Source: Gemmatimonadota bacterium
GTDB taxonomy: Bacteria > Gemmatimonadota > Gemmatimonadetes > Palauibacterales > Palauibacteraceae
Assembly (NCBI GenBank): GCA_965116475.1
Contig: OZ220691.1
Span: 2,080,001-2,144,000 of the forward strand
Reading direction: 5' to 3'
Length of the DNA stretch: 64,000 bases
Shown here: piece after piece, positions 34,934 through 44,323 of the stretch
How positions within the stretch are numbered: the stretch's first letter is position 1
Layout of the letters: every line of letters starts with the position of its first letter
The notes under the pieces: model-generated
The model's database searches: none
Seen by the model: the letters and a program-made list of their open reading frames with translations, nothing else
What the model was told of the DNA's origin: nothing
Translations under genes and position numbers: made by a program

Positions 34934-35638
34934 GTGAACTTCAACCGATTCGAGACGGCGGCCCGCCGCATGTGGCACGAGATCCCCACGGACGCGCGCG
35001 AGGGGGTCGACGGACTGACGATCGAGCCGGAGTCCGCAAGCCACCCCGATTTCGGCTGGGTGTACACGATGGGGGAGTGCCTCACGGAGGCGTGGCCGAG
35101 CGGTGCCGGCGGGGACGGGGACGTGCGTTCCGAACTCGTCCTCTACCACGGCTCCTTCCGGGCGCTCGCCGAGGACGACCCCGACTTCGACTGGGAGGGC
35201 GAGCTGTGGGAGACGATCCTGCACGAACTGCTGCACCACCGGGAATCCGCCGCCGGGGAGGCCGGTCTGGATGAGGTGGACTGGGCGCACGAGCAGAATC
35301 TGCGCCGGCTCGCGGGAGAGCCCTTCGATCCGGACTTCTGCCGGGCGGTGCCGTCCGGCCCGGACGGCGTCGTGAAGCTGGAATCGGAGCTGTTCGTCGA
35401 GTCGGTGATCGCGGAAAACGCGGATGAAGCCGTCTTCGAATGGCGCGGGCGACGCTACGCGGTGGAGGCTCCGGTGTACGCGAACCGCGCCTTCGTGGAG
35501 GTGCCGAACCTGGCCGGGGGGCGCCTCTGCGTCATCATCCGCCGCCGCCCTCCATGGTGGCGGTTCGGGCGCGGGAAGAACTACCGGCCCGCGCAAGTCT
35601 CCCTCCCGGCGTACCCCCTGCCCGCCGACGACGGCTGA
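34934..35638 (+). CDS. Zincin_1-like metallopeptidase family protein
   Basis: LVLYHGSF, ELWETILHELLHH. Confidence 0.75.
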   Translation: MNFNRFETAARRMWHEIPTDAREGVDGLTIEPESASHPDFGWVYTMGECLTEAWPSGAGGDGDVRSELVLYHGSFRALAEDDPDFDWEGELWETILHELLHHRESAAGEAGLDEVDWAHEQNLRRLAGEPFDPDFCRAVPSGPDGVVKLESELFVESVIAENADEAVFEWRGRRYAVEAPVYANRAFVEVPNLAGGRLCVIIRRRPPWWRFGRGKNYRPAQVSLPAYPLPADDG

Positions 35639-36798
35639 TGCCGCTGTTCGGCAGCTTCCGGATCGGGCGCTGGTTCGGCTTCCCCATCCGGATCGACTAC
35701 TCGTGGTTCCCGATCGCGGCGCTCGTGATCTGGACCTTCACCACGCGCGAGTTTCCGCGCGCGCTGCCCTTCTACCCCTCATCCACGTACCTCGCGATGG
35801 GGACGGCGGCGGCGCTCCTCTTCTTCCTCTCCGTGCTCCTGCACGAACTGGGTCACGCCCTCGCGGGCCGGGCTCGGGGCGTGGAGGTCGAGCACATCAC
35901 GCTCTTCATCTTCGGCGGCATCGCGCAGGCGCGCGACGAGGCCCGGCGTCCGCTGGACGAGTTCCTGCTCACCGCGGCGGGGCCGCTGGCGAGCGTGGCC
36001 CTGGCCGGCGCGTTCCACGGAGGGCGGGTGGCGGCGGAGGCCTGGGCCGCCCCGGCGCCCGTGATCGAGGTGCTCGGGTTCCTGGCGCTCCTCAACTTCG
36101 TGCTCGCCGTCTTCAACATGATTCCCGGCTTTCCGCTCGACGGAGGCCGGATCTTCCGCTCCATCGTGTGGGCCGTCACCGGAGATCTCGTCAAGGCCAC
36201 GCGGTGGGCGACACAGGGGGGGCGACTGTTCGGCGGCGCGCTCATCGTGCTCGGGCTCTTCAACCTGACCCGGGGGCAGTTCATCTCCGGCGTGTGGGCG
36301 GCCTTCATCGGCTGGTTCGTGGTCAACGCGGCGTCGTCGAGCCTGCGGCACTTCGAACTCCGCACGCTCCTGCGCCGGATCCCGGTCGCGACGGTCATGA
36401 CCCCCCGCCCCCGCATGATCGAGGCGGCCATGACCGTGGAGCGGGCCATATCCGACTACTTCCTGCGCGGGCGGGAGGAGGCGTATCCGGTCGCGCGCGA
36501 CGGCAGCCTGGTCGGCGTCGTCGAGGCGCGCGCGGTCTCGGCGGTGCCGGAGAAGGTTCGCGCGACGACGCCCGTATCGGCGGTCACGCGACCCGCAGCG
36601 GAGTTCCCCTCGGCCCGTCCCGACGAATCTCTCGCCGACGCCCTGTTCCGGATTCGGGTCCAGGTGTCATACCTGCTCGTGATCGACAACGGGTTCGTGG
36701 TCGGTGCGCTCGACCCGCGGGAGGTCGGCGCCAGAGTGCAGCGGCTGCAGCGGATGGGGCTCGTGAGCCTCGGGTCGCCGTCCGCGAAGAGCGCCTGA
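35638..36798 (+). CDS. Site-2 protease (M50) with CBS domains
   Basis: HELGH, AGPL, FNMIPGFPLDGGR, C-terminal CBS pair. Confidence 0.92.
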   Translation: MPLFGSFRIGRWFGFPIRIDYSWFPIAALVIWTFTTREFPRALPFYPSSTYLAMGTAAALLFFLSVLLHELGHALAGRARGVEVEHITLFIFGGIAQARDEARRPLDEFLLTAAGPLASVALAGAFHGGRVAAEAWAAPAPVIEVLGFLALLNFVLAVFNMIPGFPLDGGRIFRSIVWAVTGDLVKATRWATQGGRLFGGALIVLGLFNLTRGQFISGVWAAFIGWFVVNAASSSLRHFELRTLLRRIPVATVMTPRPRMIEAAMTVERAISDYFLRGREEAYPVARDGSLVGVVEARAVSAVPEKVRATTPVSAVTRPAAEFPSARPDESLADALFRIRVQVSYLLVIDNGFVVGALDPREVGARVQRLQRMGLVSLGSPSAKSA

Positions 36799-36802
36799 TC
36801 CC

Positions 36803-37462
36803 GTGCCGCGGCCGCGTTCCTGGAAGGCTCGTTCGGAGTTGGCCGCGGCCCTGTCGCCGCGACTTGCCGCCCTCTACCCGGACCTCACCGTCTCGCTGGA
36901 CTGGGAGACGCCGCTCGAGCTGATCGTCGCGACGGTGCTCTCGGCCCAGTGCACGGACGAGCGGGTGAACCGCGTCACGCGCTCGCTGTTCCCGGCCTAT
37001 CCCGACGCCCGCGCGTACGCCGACGCGCCGCTGGAGGAGCTTCAGGAGGCCGTGCGCCCGACGGGGTTCTTCAACAACAAGGCGCGCCACCTGAAGGGAT
37101 TGGGCCGCCGTCTCGTCGATGTGTACGGCGGGGAGGTCCCGCGGACGATGGAGGAGCTGCTCACGCTGCCGGGCGTCGCCCGCAAGACTGCGAACGTCGT
37201 GCTCTCCAACGCGTTCGGGCTTCACGAGGGCGTGGTCGTGGACACGCACGTGAAGCGGGTCACGCACCGCTTCGGTCTCACGAACGAGGTGGACCCCCCG
37301 AAGGTGGAGAAGGATCTGATGAGGGTGCTGCCGCGCGAGGAATGGCACCCCTTCGCGTGGCGGTCGATCCTGCATGGCCGCACCGTGTGCCACGCCCGGA
37401 AGCCGCGTTGCGCCGAGTGTCCGGTGGCCGATCTGTGCGCGAGCGCCGGGAAGTTCGGGTGA
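36803..37462 (+). CDS. nth: Endonuclease III
   Basis: LSAQCTDERVN, LPGVARKTAN, VDTHV, C-X6-C-X2-C-X5-C. Confidence 0.96.
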   Translation: MPRPRSWKARSELAAALSPRLAALYPDLTVSLDWETPLELIVATVLSAQCTDERVNRVTRSLFPAYPDARAYADAPLEELQEAVRPTGFFNNKARHLKGLGRRLVDVYGGEVPRTMEELLTLPGVARKTANVVLSNAFGLHEGVVVDTHVKRVTHRFGLTNEVDPPKVEKDLMRVLPREEWHPFAWRSILHGRTVCHARKPRCAECPVADLCASAGKFG

Positions 37463-37463
37463 C

Positions 37464-38537
37464 GTGAGTGTCGCCCGCGATGCCGCCGCGCTGAAGCGGG
37501 ACGTGCGCGCCGCCGCGCGGTCCGCCGGGTTCGACCGGGTGGGGTTCGCTCCCGCGGCGCCCCCGGCGCACGCGGGCGTCTACGAGGCCTGGCTCGCCGA
37601 CGGCTACCACGGCGAGATGGCCTACATGGCGCGCGAGGACGCGGTCCGCCGCCGCCTGGACCCGCGAGAGGCCCTTCCCGGCTGCCGGACGCTCATCGTC
37701 GTCAGCCTGCAGTACGGACCGACGCACGCCGGCACGACGACACCGGCGCGGCGGCTGCCGGTCGTCGCCCGCTACGCGCGGGGCCGCGACTACCACGATG
37801 TGTTCGAGGAGCGGCTCGACGCGCTCTCCGCCGCCATCGAAGCGCTTTCCCCCGGCGCGCGCACGAAGCGCTACGTGGACTACGGGCCCGTGCTCGAGCG
37901 GGACCACGCGCAGCGCGCGGGCCTGGGCTGGATCGGCAAGAACACGATGCTCCTCCACCCCGACCTCGGGTCCTATTTCATGCTGGGCGAGTTGCTCACC
38001 GACCTCGAGATCGAACCCGATCCCCCCTTCGTCCCCGACCGCTGCGGCACCTGCCGCCGCTGCATCGACGCCTGCCCGACGGACGCGATTCTGGATGGCC
38101 GCGTTCTCGACGCGCGGCTCTGCATCTCCTATCTCACGATCGAACTCCGGGGTTCCATCCCCGAGGCGCTCCGCCCCGCGATCGGAAACCGTGTGTTCGG
38201 CTGCGACATCTGCCAGGAAGTGTGTCCCTGGAACGCCGACGCGCCCGTGCCCGCGAAGGCGCCGTTCGCGCCCCGCCCCGGCCAGCCGGTGCCGCCTGAC
38301 GACATGATCGCGTGGGCGGAAGAACTCGCCCCCCTCGACGCCGACGAGTTCCGGGCCCGCTACCGCGGCACGGCGTTCAGCCGCCCCGGCCGCGACGGAC
38401 TCCTCCGCAACCTCGCCGTCGGCCTCGGCAACGCCGGCGAACCCGCCGCCCGCCCGATCCTCGACCGACTGCGGGCGGACCCGTCCCCCCTCGTCCGCGA
38501 GCACGCCCGATGGGCGCTCGGCGTGCTCCAGAGTTAG
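37464..38537 (+). CDS. queG: tRNA epoxyqueuosine(34) reductase
   Basis: ARYARGRDYH, GLGWIGKN, CGTCRRCIDACPT, CISYLTIE, FGCDICQEVCPWN, C-terminal HEAT. Confidence 0.95.
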   Translation: MSVARDAAALKRDVRAAARSAGFDRVGFAPAAPPAHAGVYEAWLADGYHGEMAYMAREDAVRRRLDPREALPGCRTLIVVSLQYGPTHAGTTTPARRLPVVARYARGRDYHDVFEERLDALSAAIEALSPGARTKRYVDYGPVLERDHAQRAGLGWIGKNTMLLHPDLGSYFMLGELLTDLEIEPDPPFVPDRCGTCRRCIDACPTDAILDGRVLDARLCISYLTIELRGSIPEALRPAIGNRVFGCDICQEVCPWNADAPVPAKAPFAPRPGQPVPPDDMIAWAEELAPLDADEFRARYRGTAFSRPGRDGLLRNLAVGLGNAGEPAARPILDRLRADPSPLVREHARWALGVLQS

Positions 38538-38584
38538 GTTGGATCCGTCGCCAATCAAACGCAGAGAACCGAGGAGAATGACGC

Positions 38585-39667
38585 ATGCCAGGTTATGCCG
38601 TCCTGGGAGAACCGTGGTGGATCGCCCTCGTGTGGATCCTCGTCGCCGGCCACCTCACGAACATGGTCAACACCCTCTATCTGCACCGTTCGGCGACGCA
38701 CGGCGGCGTCGTGTTCCATCCGGTCGTGGAGCACGCGATGCGTTTCTGGTGCTGGCTCACGACCGGGATCGTGACGAAGGAGTGGGTCGCGATCCACCGG
38801 AAGCACCACGCCTATGCGGACCGTGAGGGCGATCCCCATTCGCCCACGCTCGAGGGTCTCGCGAACATCGCATTCGGCGGGCTCTTCTTCTACCGGAAGG
38901 CCGCGAAGGACGAGGTACTGCTGGAGAAGTACGGGAAGGGGACGCCCGACGACTGGGTCGAACGCCACGTCTACTCGAAGCGCCGCGGCCTGGGGCTCAG
39001 GATCATGCTTGTCCTCAGTCTGTATCTGTTCGGGATCATCCCCGGCCTCATCGTCTGGACATGCATGGTGTTCTGGATGCCGATCACGGGGAACATCATC
39101 AACGGCCTCGGACACGCGCTCGGCTACCGGACCTTCGGGACGCGCGACGACAGCCGCAATCTCTATCCGTGGGGGATCTGGATTCTCGGCGAGGAACTCC
39201 ACAACAACCACCACGCGGACCCGCGCTCGGCCAAGTTCAAGGCGCACTGGTGGGAGTTCGACATCGGGTGGTTCTACATCAGGGTCCTCAGCCTCCTTCG
39301 ACTCGCCAACGTGCTTTACGCGCGCACGGCGACCCCCCGGGAATTCGCCGCGAAGTTCTATCGCGATTCGGCGAACCGCGTGAACCGACGCCTCGACCGG
39401 GCGCTGTCGCGCATCCAGCGGACCCGGGAGGCCGGCCTCCTGCGCATCGAACGCGCCCGCGAGGAGCAGTCCCTCAAGCGGCTCGACCGTGCCGCCGCCA
39501 GAGCCCGCGCCCGGCTGGATCGGGTCCGAACCGGCAAGTTCGCGCGCGTCGCCCGGGCGAAGGCGGAAGCCGGCGCTGAACTGGACCGGGCTCGCGAATC
39601 CGCCCGCGCCCGCATCCTCCGTGCCGTGGAGGCGATGACCCTCGAAAGCCAGCCCGCCACGGATTGA
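38585..39667 (+). CDS. Delta-9-type acyl-CoA/fatty acid desaturase with Arg/Ala-rich C-tail
   Basis: His boxes HRSATH, HRKHH, GEELHNNHH; GDPHSP; WEFDIGW. Confidence 0.9.
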   Translation: MPGYAVLGEPWWIALVWILVAGHLTNMVNTLYLHRSATHGGVVFHPVVEHAMRFWCWLTTGIVTKEWVAIHRKHHAYADREGDPHSPTLEGLANIAFGGLFFYRKAAKDEVLLEKYGKGTPDDWVERHVYSKRRGLGLRIMLVLSLYLFGIIPGLIVWTCMVFWMPITGNIINGLGHALGYRTFGTRDDSRNLYPWGIWILGEELHNNHHADPRSAKFKAHWWEFDIGWFYIRVLSLLRLANVLYARTATPREFAAKFYRDSANRVNRRLDRALSRIQRTREAGLLRIERAREEQSLKRLDRAAARARARLDRVRTGKFARVARAKAEAGAELDRARESARARILRAVEAMTLESQPATD

Positions 39668-39687
39668 CCCCGCCCGCCACGGATTGT

Positions 39688-39711
39688 AATTTTTAGTCTA
39701 GGCTAAAAATT
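39688..39711. promoter_or_regulatory. DtxR/MntR/IdeR-family operator (AT-rich palindrome)
   Basis: AATTTTTAGTCTAGGCTAAAAATT, near-perfect inverted repeat resembling the TTAGGTTAGCCTAA core, 50 bp upstream of the MCO gene. Confidence 0.78.
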
Positions 39712-39760
39712 GGCCCGGGCCGCGGCCCGGACGGGTGTCGGCGGGAAATTCGGAGGACGA

Positions 39761-40867
39761 GTGAGGCCGGAGAGGTTGAGTCGGCGCGACTGGCTGAAGC
39801 TGGGCGCCGCGGGCGTTGCGGGCGTTTCGGGCGCGACGGTGCTGGATCTGGCCTCGCGGGGCGGCGCGCGCGAGGCCCTGGCGGCCAGCGGCGCCATGCC
39901 GCGCGGGCCTGGAGCGGATGGCGCCGTGGCGGGCTCGCACGCGGTGCACCAGGAGGCGATGGGGATCGTCGGCCTGCCCGGGCCCGACGGCGCGTTCGAT
40001 CCGGGGGCCTTCCTGACCGACTTCGACTACGGCGAGGTCACGACCCGGGCCGACGGGCGCGTCGTGCGCCGGTGGCAGATCGTGTCGCTCGACCGGGAGA
40101 TCGAGATCGCGCCCGGCGTCTTCTTCCCGGCGTGGACCTACAATGGGCAGGTGCCGGGCCCGACCCTGCGCTGCACGGAGGGGGACATCCTCCAGGTCGA
40201 GTTCACGAACGCGGGCTCCCACCCCCACACCATCCACTTCCATGGCACGCACCCGCCGGAGATGGACGGTTTCGAACCCATCGTGGAACCGGGGCAGCGT
40301 TTCACCTACGAGTTCGAGGCGAAGCCGTTCGGGCTCCACCTGTACCACTGCCACACGATGCCGCTCAAGCGGCATATCCATAAGGGACTGTACGGGACGT
40401 TCATCGTCGATCCGCCCGAAGGCCGGGAGCCGGCGCGGGAGATGGTCATGGTGATGAACGCGTTCGACAGCAACCTGGACGGCGACAACGAGGTGTACGC
40501 GGTCAACACGTCGGCCTTCTACTACCACCACCACCCGGTGCGCGTGGGCGTGAACGACCTGTGCCGCATCTATCTCGTGAACACGACCGAGTTCGACCTC
40601 ATCAACTCGTTCCACCTGCACGCAGGCATGTTCAAGGTGTTCCGGACGGGGACGCGGCCGGACCAGTACGAACTCACGGACACGATCATGATGTGCCAGG
40701 GCGAGCGGCATGTCCTCGAGTTCCGGCTCGAGAACCCCGGCGCGCACATGTTCCACGCGCACCAGAGCGAGTTCGCGGAACTGGGCTGGATGGGCTTTTT
40801 CGAGGCAGTCGAGCGGCTCGCCGCCAGCGAGGGCGTGCCCGTGGGCCCCGCGCCGCGCGATGTCTGA
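39761..40867 (+). CDS. Tat-exported two-domain multicopper oxidase (type C-like)
   Basis: SRRDWLK; HTIHFH, YHCH..HIHKGL (T1 Cys in domain 1), FHLH, FHAH (no Cys in domain 2); GGAGG RBS. Confidence 0.88.
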   Translation: MRPERLSRRDWLKLGAAGVAGVSGATVLDLASRGGAREALAASGAMPRGPGADGAVAGSHAVHQEAMGIVGLPGPDGAFDPGAFLTDFDYGEVTTRADGRVVRRWQIVSLDREIEIAPGVFFPAWTYNGQVPGPTLRCTEGDILQVEFTNAGSHPHTIHFHGTHPPEMDGFEPIVEPGQRFTYEFEAKPFGLHLYHCHTMPLKRHIHKGLYGTFIVDPPEGREPAREMVMVMNAFDSNLDGDNEVYAVNTSAFYYHHHPVRVGVNDLCRIYLVNTTEFDLINSFHLHAGMFKVFRTGTRPDQYELTDTIMMCQGERHVLEFRLENPGAHMFHAHQSEFAELGWMGFFEAVERLAASEGVPVGPAPRDV

Positions 40868-42098
40868 CGAGCGGTCCGGCGCCCAGCCGCGCCGGAGCGG
40901 CCCGGCGCGCTGGGTGCTGGGCCTCTTCCCGCTCGCGCTGCTGGCGGGGCTCATCGCGTTCTTCTTCGGTGCCGACCCCACGGCCCCCTTCCGCGACGCG
41001 TTCCCGCCCGTCGAGGACCTCACGATCGAGCGCGTGAGCTTCCCGGAGGGCGGCGTCATGCGCGTGCACGTCGTGAACGGCGGTCCGGAGGCGGCCACCA
41101 TCGCGCAGGTGATCGTCGACGATGCCTACTGGCAGTTCGAGATCGACGGCGATCCGACGCTGCCGCGTCTCGCCCGGGCCACGCTCGAGCTGGACTATCC
41201 CTGGGTGGAGGGAGAACTCCACGTCATCCGGCTCGTGACCTCCACGGGGCTCACGTTCGATCACGAGGTGGCGGTGGCGACGCTCTCGCCGCGCCCCAAC
41301 GCCCTCTACCTGACGACCTTCGGCCTCCTCGGCCTCTACGCGGGCGTGATCCCCGTCCTCGTGGGCCTGCTGTGGTACCCCTTCCTGCGCCGGATCGACC
41401 GCAAGTGGATCCACTTCTACCTCAGCCTCACCGTGGGCCTCCTCGCCTTCCTCGTCGTCGACGCGTTCGAGGACACGCTCAAGGCGTCGGCGCTCGTGCC
41501 GGAGGGATTCCAGGCGGCGGGGCTCATCGCCGTCGGCGTCATCGGCGCCATCGTCGGGCTCCGGGCGCTGGGGAACCTCGGACGCGGCCGGAGCGGCGGA
41601 AACTCCAAGGGCACGGGCGGCGGTGGGGGCGGCGGCGGGACGAGCCCGGGGCTCACGGTGGCGTACCTGATCGCCATCAGCATCGGGCTGCACAACCTCG
41701 GCGAAGGACTCGCGATCGGGGCGGCCTTTTCCCTCGGCGAGATCGCGCTCGGGAGTTTCCTCGTCATCGGCTTCGCGCTCCACAACACGACGGAGGGGCT
41801 GGCCATCGTCGCGCCCGTCGCGGACCGGCGGCCCGCGCTGCGGCACTTCGCCTTCATGGGCGGAATCGCCGGGCTGCCGACCGTCCTGGGGGCGTGGGCG
41901 GGCGGATTCTCCTACTCGCCGACGCTGGCAACCTTCTTCCTCGCCCTCGGGGCCGGAGCCATCCTGCAGGTGATCGTCGAGGTCACGCGGCTGATCCGGA
42001 AGAGCTGGCCGCAGGGCCTGTTCACCCCCCTCAACGCCACGGGCCTCCTCCTCGGCCTGCTGGTCATGTACGGTACCGCACTCATGGTGACCGCGTAG
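40860..42098 (+). CDS. ZIP family metal transporter with N-terminal extracytoplasmic domain
   Basis: IGLHNLGEGLAIG and ALHNTTEGLA ZIP signatures. Confidence 0.9.
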   Translation: MSDERSGAQPRRSGPARWVLGLFPLALLAGLIAFFFGADPTAPFRDAFPPVEDLTIERVSFPEGGVMRVHVVNGGPEAATIAQVIVDDAYWQFEIDGDPTLPRLARATLELDYPWVEGELHVIRLVTSTGLTFDHEVAVATLSPRPNALYLTTFGLLGLYAGVIPVLVGLLWYPFLRRIDRKWIHFYLSLTVGLLAFLVVDAFEDTLKASALVPEGFQAAGLIAVGVIGAIVGLRALGNLGRGRSGGNSKGTGGGGGGGGTSPGLTVAYLIAISIGLHNLGEGLAIGAAFSLGEIALGSFLVIGFALHNTTEGLAIVAPVADRRPALRHFAFMGGIAGLPTVLGAWAGGFSYSPTLATFFLALGAGAILQVIVEVTRLIRKSWPQGLFTPLNATGLLLGLLVMYGTALMVTA

Positions 42099-42114
42099 CA
42101 CCAAAGGAGGCGCG

Positions 42115-42546
42115 ATGCTCGGCGGCAGAAACCCCGGCCTCGGTCTGGCCATCCTCCGCGTCGTAATCGGACTGATCTTCGTGATGCACGGCTGGCCGAA
42201 GCTGGCCGGCGGCATCGAAGGCACCGCGGCGTTCCTCGGGTCGCTCGGAGTGCCGCTCTCCGGCGTCGTCGCGTGGGGGATCGCGCTGGCCGAGACCCTG
42301 GGCGGCGCCTGCCTGGTCGCGGGCCTGCTCGTGACGCCCTTCGCCCTGCTTCTCGCCGCCCACATGCTGGCGGGGATCTTCCTCGTGCACCTGGCCAACG
42401 GCTTCTACGTCGTGGGCCCGGGCCAAGGGGGCTACGAGTTCAACCTGCTCCTGGTCGCCGCCCTGCTGACCCTGGTGCTGGCCGGATCGGGGATCGCGAC
42501 GGCCAGGAGCCTCTTCACGAGCGACGTCGAGGTCGTCATCGACTGA
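42115..42546 (+). CDS. DoxX family membrane protein
   Basis: LRVVIGLIFVMHGWPKL, AETLGG, GGYEFNL. Confidence 0.9.
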   Translation: MLGGRNPGLGLAILRVVIGLIFVMHGWPKLAGGIEGTAAFLGSLGVPLSGVVAWGIALAETLGGACLVAGLLVTPFALLLAAHMLAGIFLVHLANGFYVVGPGQGGYEFNLLLVAALLTLVLAGSGIATARSLFTSDVEVVID

Positions 42547-42595
42547 GACGTTCCCGCGCATCGACACCGCGGACGGGGCCATGTAGACTGGAAGC

Positions 42596-42925
42596 ATGCG
42601 CCGATTCGCGATTCCCCTGCTTCTTGCCGCGCTCGTGCTTCCGTACGCGCGCGCCCCGCTGTGCGAGGCGGGGTCGCACGAGCACGGGGAGCACCACGCG
42701 ATGGCGGGATCGCCGACGCTCGTCGAGTCTCCGGTGGAGGGCGCGGACGCCGGCACGGACTGTCACTCGCTGATGGGTTGCGCCGTCGTGCTGCAGGCCT
42801 CGCTTCCGCTCGGCACGGCCGGCTTCCGCTCTTTCGCGCACGACGCGGACGCCGCGCCCGCCGGCGCCGCACTCCAACTCCGGTCCCGAGCCTCTCCCGA
42901 CACCCCTCCGCCCCAAACCGTCTGA
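42596..42925 (+). CDS. His/Cys-rich exported leader protein, CutF/CruR(DUF2946)-like
   Basis: Signal peptide, C..HEHGEHH, CHSLMGC, C-terminal PDTPPP; immediately upstream of cusCBA. Confidence 0.7.
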   Translation: MRRFAIPLLLAALVLPYARAPLCEAGSHEHGEHHAMAGSPTLVESPVEGADAGTDCHSLMGCAVVLQASLPLGTAGFRSFAHDADAAPAGAALQLRSRASPDTPPPQTV

Positions 42926-43014
42926 ACGGACGCACCCACAGGAGCGTCCCGGTCGCCGTTAGACGACGGCGACCCGTGGGCGAGTTGTCACCGTTCAGAT
43001 GAGAGGCATCTCAT
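42921..43014 (+). promoter_or_regulatory. Structured leader between uORF stop and cusC RBS
   Basis: TCTGAACGG(42921-29)/CCGTTCAGA(42991-99); GGTCGCCGT(42951-59)/ACGGCGACC(42966-74); ATGAGA-GGCA-TCTCAT (42999-43014) covers the SD and start. Confidence 0.6.
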
Positions 43015-44323
43015 GCCAGCCGTATACCATGCCGGCGTGTCCCGCAGGAAGGGCGGGATCCGCGGAGGCATCCGGCTCTTCGCGTGTGCCGTGGCGGCAG
43101 GCGGGGCCATGGCGTCTCAGTCGCGGGCGCAGGAGCGCGACACGCTCCACCTGGCCGACGCGGTCGCCGTGGCGCGCGGCGCGAACCCGATGCTGCGGGT
43201 CGCCCGCCTGCGAGCCGACGCCGCCCGGGCGCGCGTGCCGCAGATGGGCGCACCGCCCGATCCGGTCGTCGCGTTCCGCCTCGGAAACCGCCCCCTCGAC
43301 GGCTTCGGAGCGGGCGAGAGAATGACGATGAACACGCTCCAGTTCCAGCAGACGCTGCCCTGGCCGGGGAAGCTCGGGTTCGCGGAGGCGCGCGCGGCAC
43401 ACCTCGCGGGCGCCGAGGAACTGGCGGTCCTCGACGCCGAGGCCGCCCTCGTCCGGCGCGTGAAGGCGGTGTACTTCGAACTCGCCTTCGAAGACCGGGC
43501 ACTGGACATCATGCGCGACACGCGCGACCTCCTGCGTGAGTTTCTCGACGTCTCCAACACGCTCTACGCCGTGGGGGCCGGCCTGCAGAACGATGTCCTG
43601 CAGGCGCAGGTGGCCGTCGCCACGATGAGCGAGGACATCACGGCGGCGGAACAGACCCGGCTCGCCATGGCGGCCCGACTGAACGCGCTCCTGGGGCGCG
43701 AGCCCGAACGGCACGTGGGGGCGCTCGAACTTCCCGGTGCCGGCGAGCCGCTTCCCGGCGTGAAGGACCTCATGGCCCTGGCTGCCGAGAGACGGCCCGC
43801 GCTGCGCGCCGCCCGCGAGCGAATCCGGGCCGCGGAGTCGGCCTACGAGGGCGCCCGCCGCGCCCTGTACCCGGATGTGAGGCTCGGGGCCGACTACGCG
43901 CACCGGCCGCAGTTCGCGGACATGCTGAGTTTCAGCGTGGGAGTCAGCATCCCGCTATGGGCGGGTTCCCGCCAATTGCCCATGCGGGACGAAGCGTTCG
44001 CCCGCCGGGCCGCCGAGGAAGCCGCCGAACTCGAACTCCTGAACGAGACCTATGCCCGGATCGCGGAGGCGCGGGCCGAGTCGGACCGGGCGCTGCGACT
44101 CCACGACCTCTATGCCACGTCGATCCTCCCCCAGGCGCGGGCGGCGGTCGAGTCGTCGCTCTCCGCCTACCGCGTGGGTGAGGTGGATTTCATGACGCTC
44201 GTGCAGAGCGAACTCACCGTGAACCGCTACGAGATCGAACGCGTGAGACTCACCGCCGCCTATCACACGGCCGTCGCGGAGATCGAAGCGTTGCTGGGGG
44301 GCGAAACGGAGGTGATCCGATGA
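43013..44323 (+). CDS. cusC: TolC-family outer membrane factor (CusC-like)
   Basis: OEP repeats, QTLPWPGKL, VSIPLW, AYRVGEVDF; first gene of RND triad. Confidence 0.85.
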   Translation: MPAVYHAGVSRRKGGIRGGIRLFACAVAAGGAMASQSRAQERDTLHLADAVAVARGANPMLRVARLRADAARARVPQMGAPPDPVVAFRLGNRPLDGFGAGERMTMNTLQFQQTLPWPGKLGFAEARAAHLAGAEELAVLDAEAALVRRVKAVYFELAFEDRALDIMRDTRDLLREFLDVSNTLYAVGAGLQNDVLQAQVAVATMSEDITAAEQTRLAMAARLNALLGREPERHVGALELPGAGEPLPGVKDLMALAAERRPALRAARERIRAAESAYEGARRALYPDVRLGADYAHRPQFADMLSFSVGVSIPLWAGSRQLPMRDEAFARRAAEEAAELELLNETYARIAEARAESDRALRLHDLYATSILPQARAAVESSLSAYRVGEVDFMTLVQSELTVNRYEIERVRLTAAYHTAVAEIEALLGGETEVIR

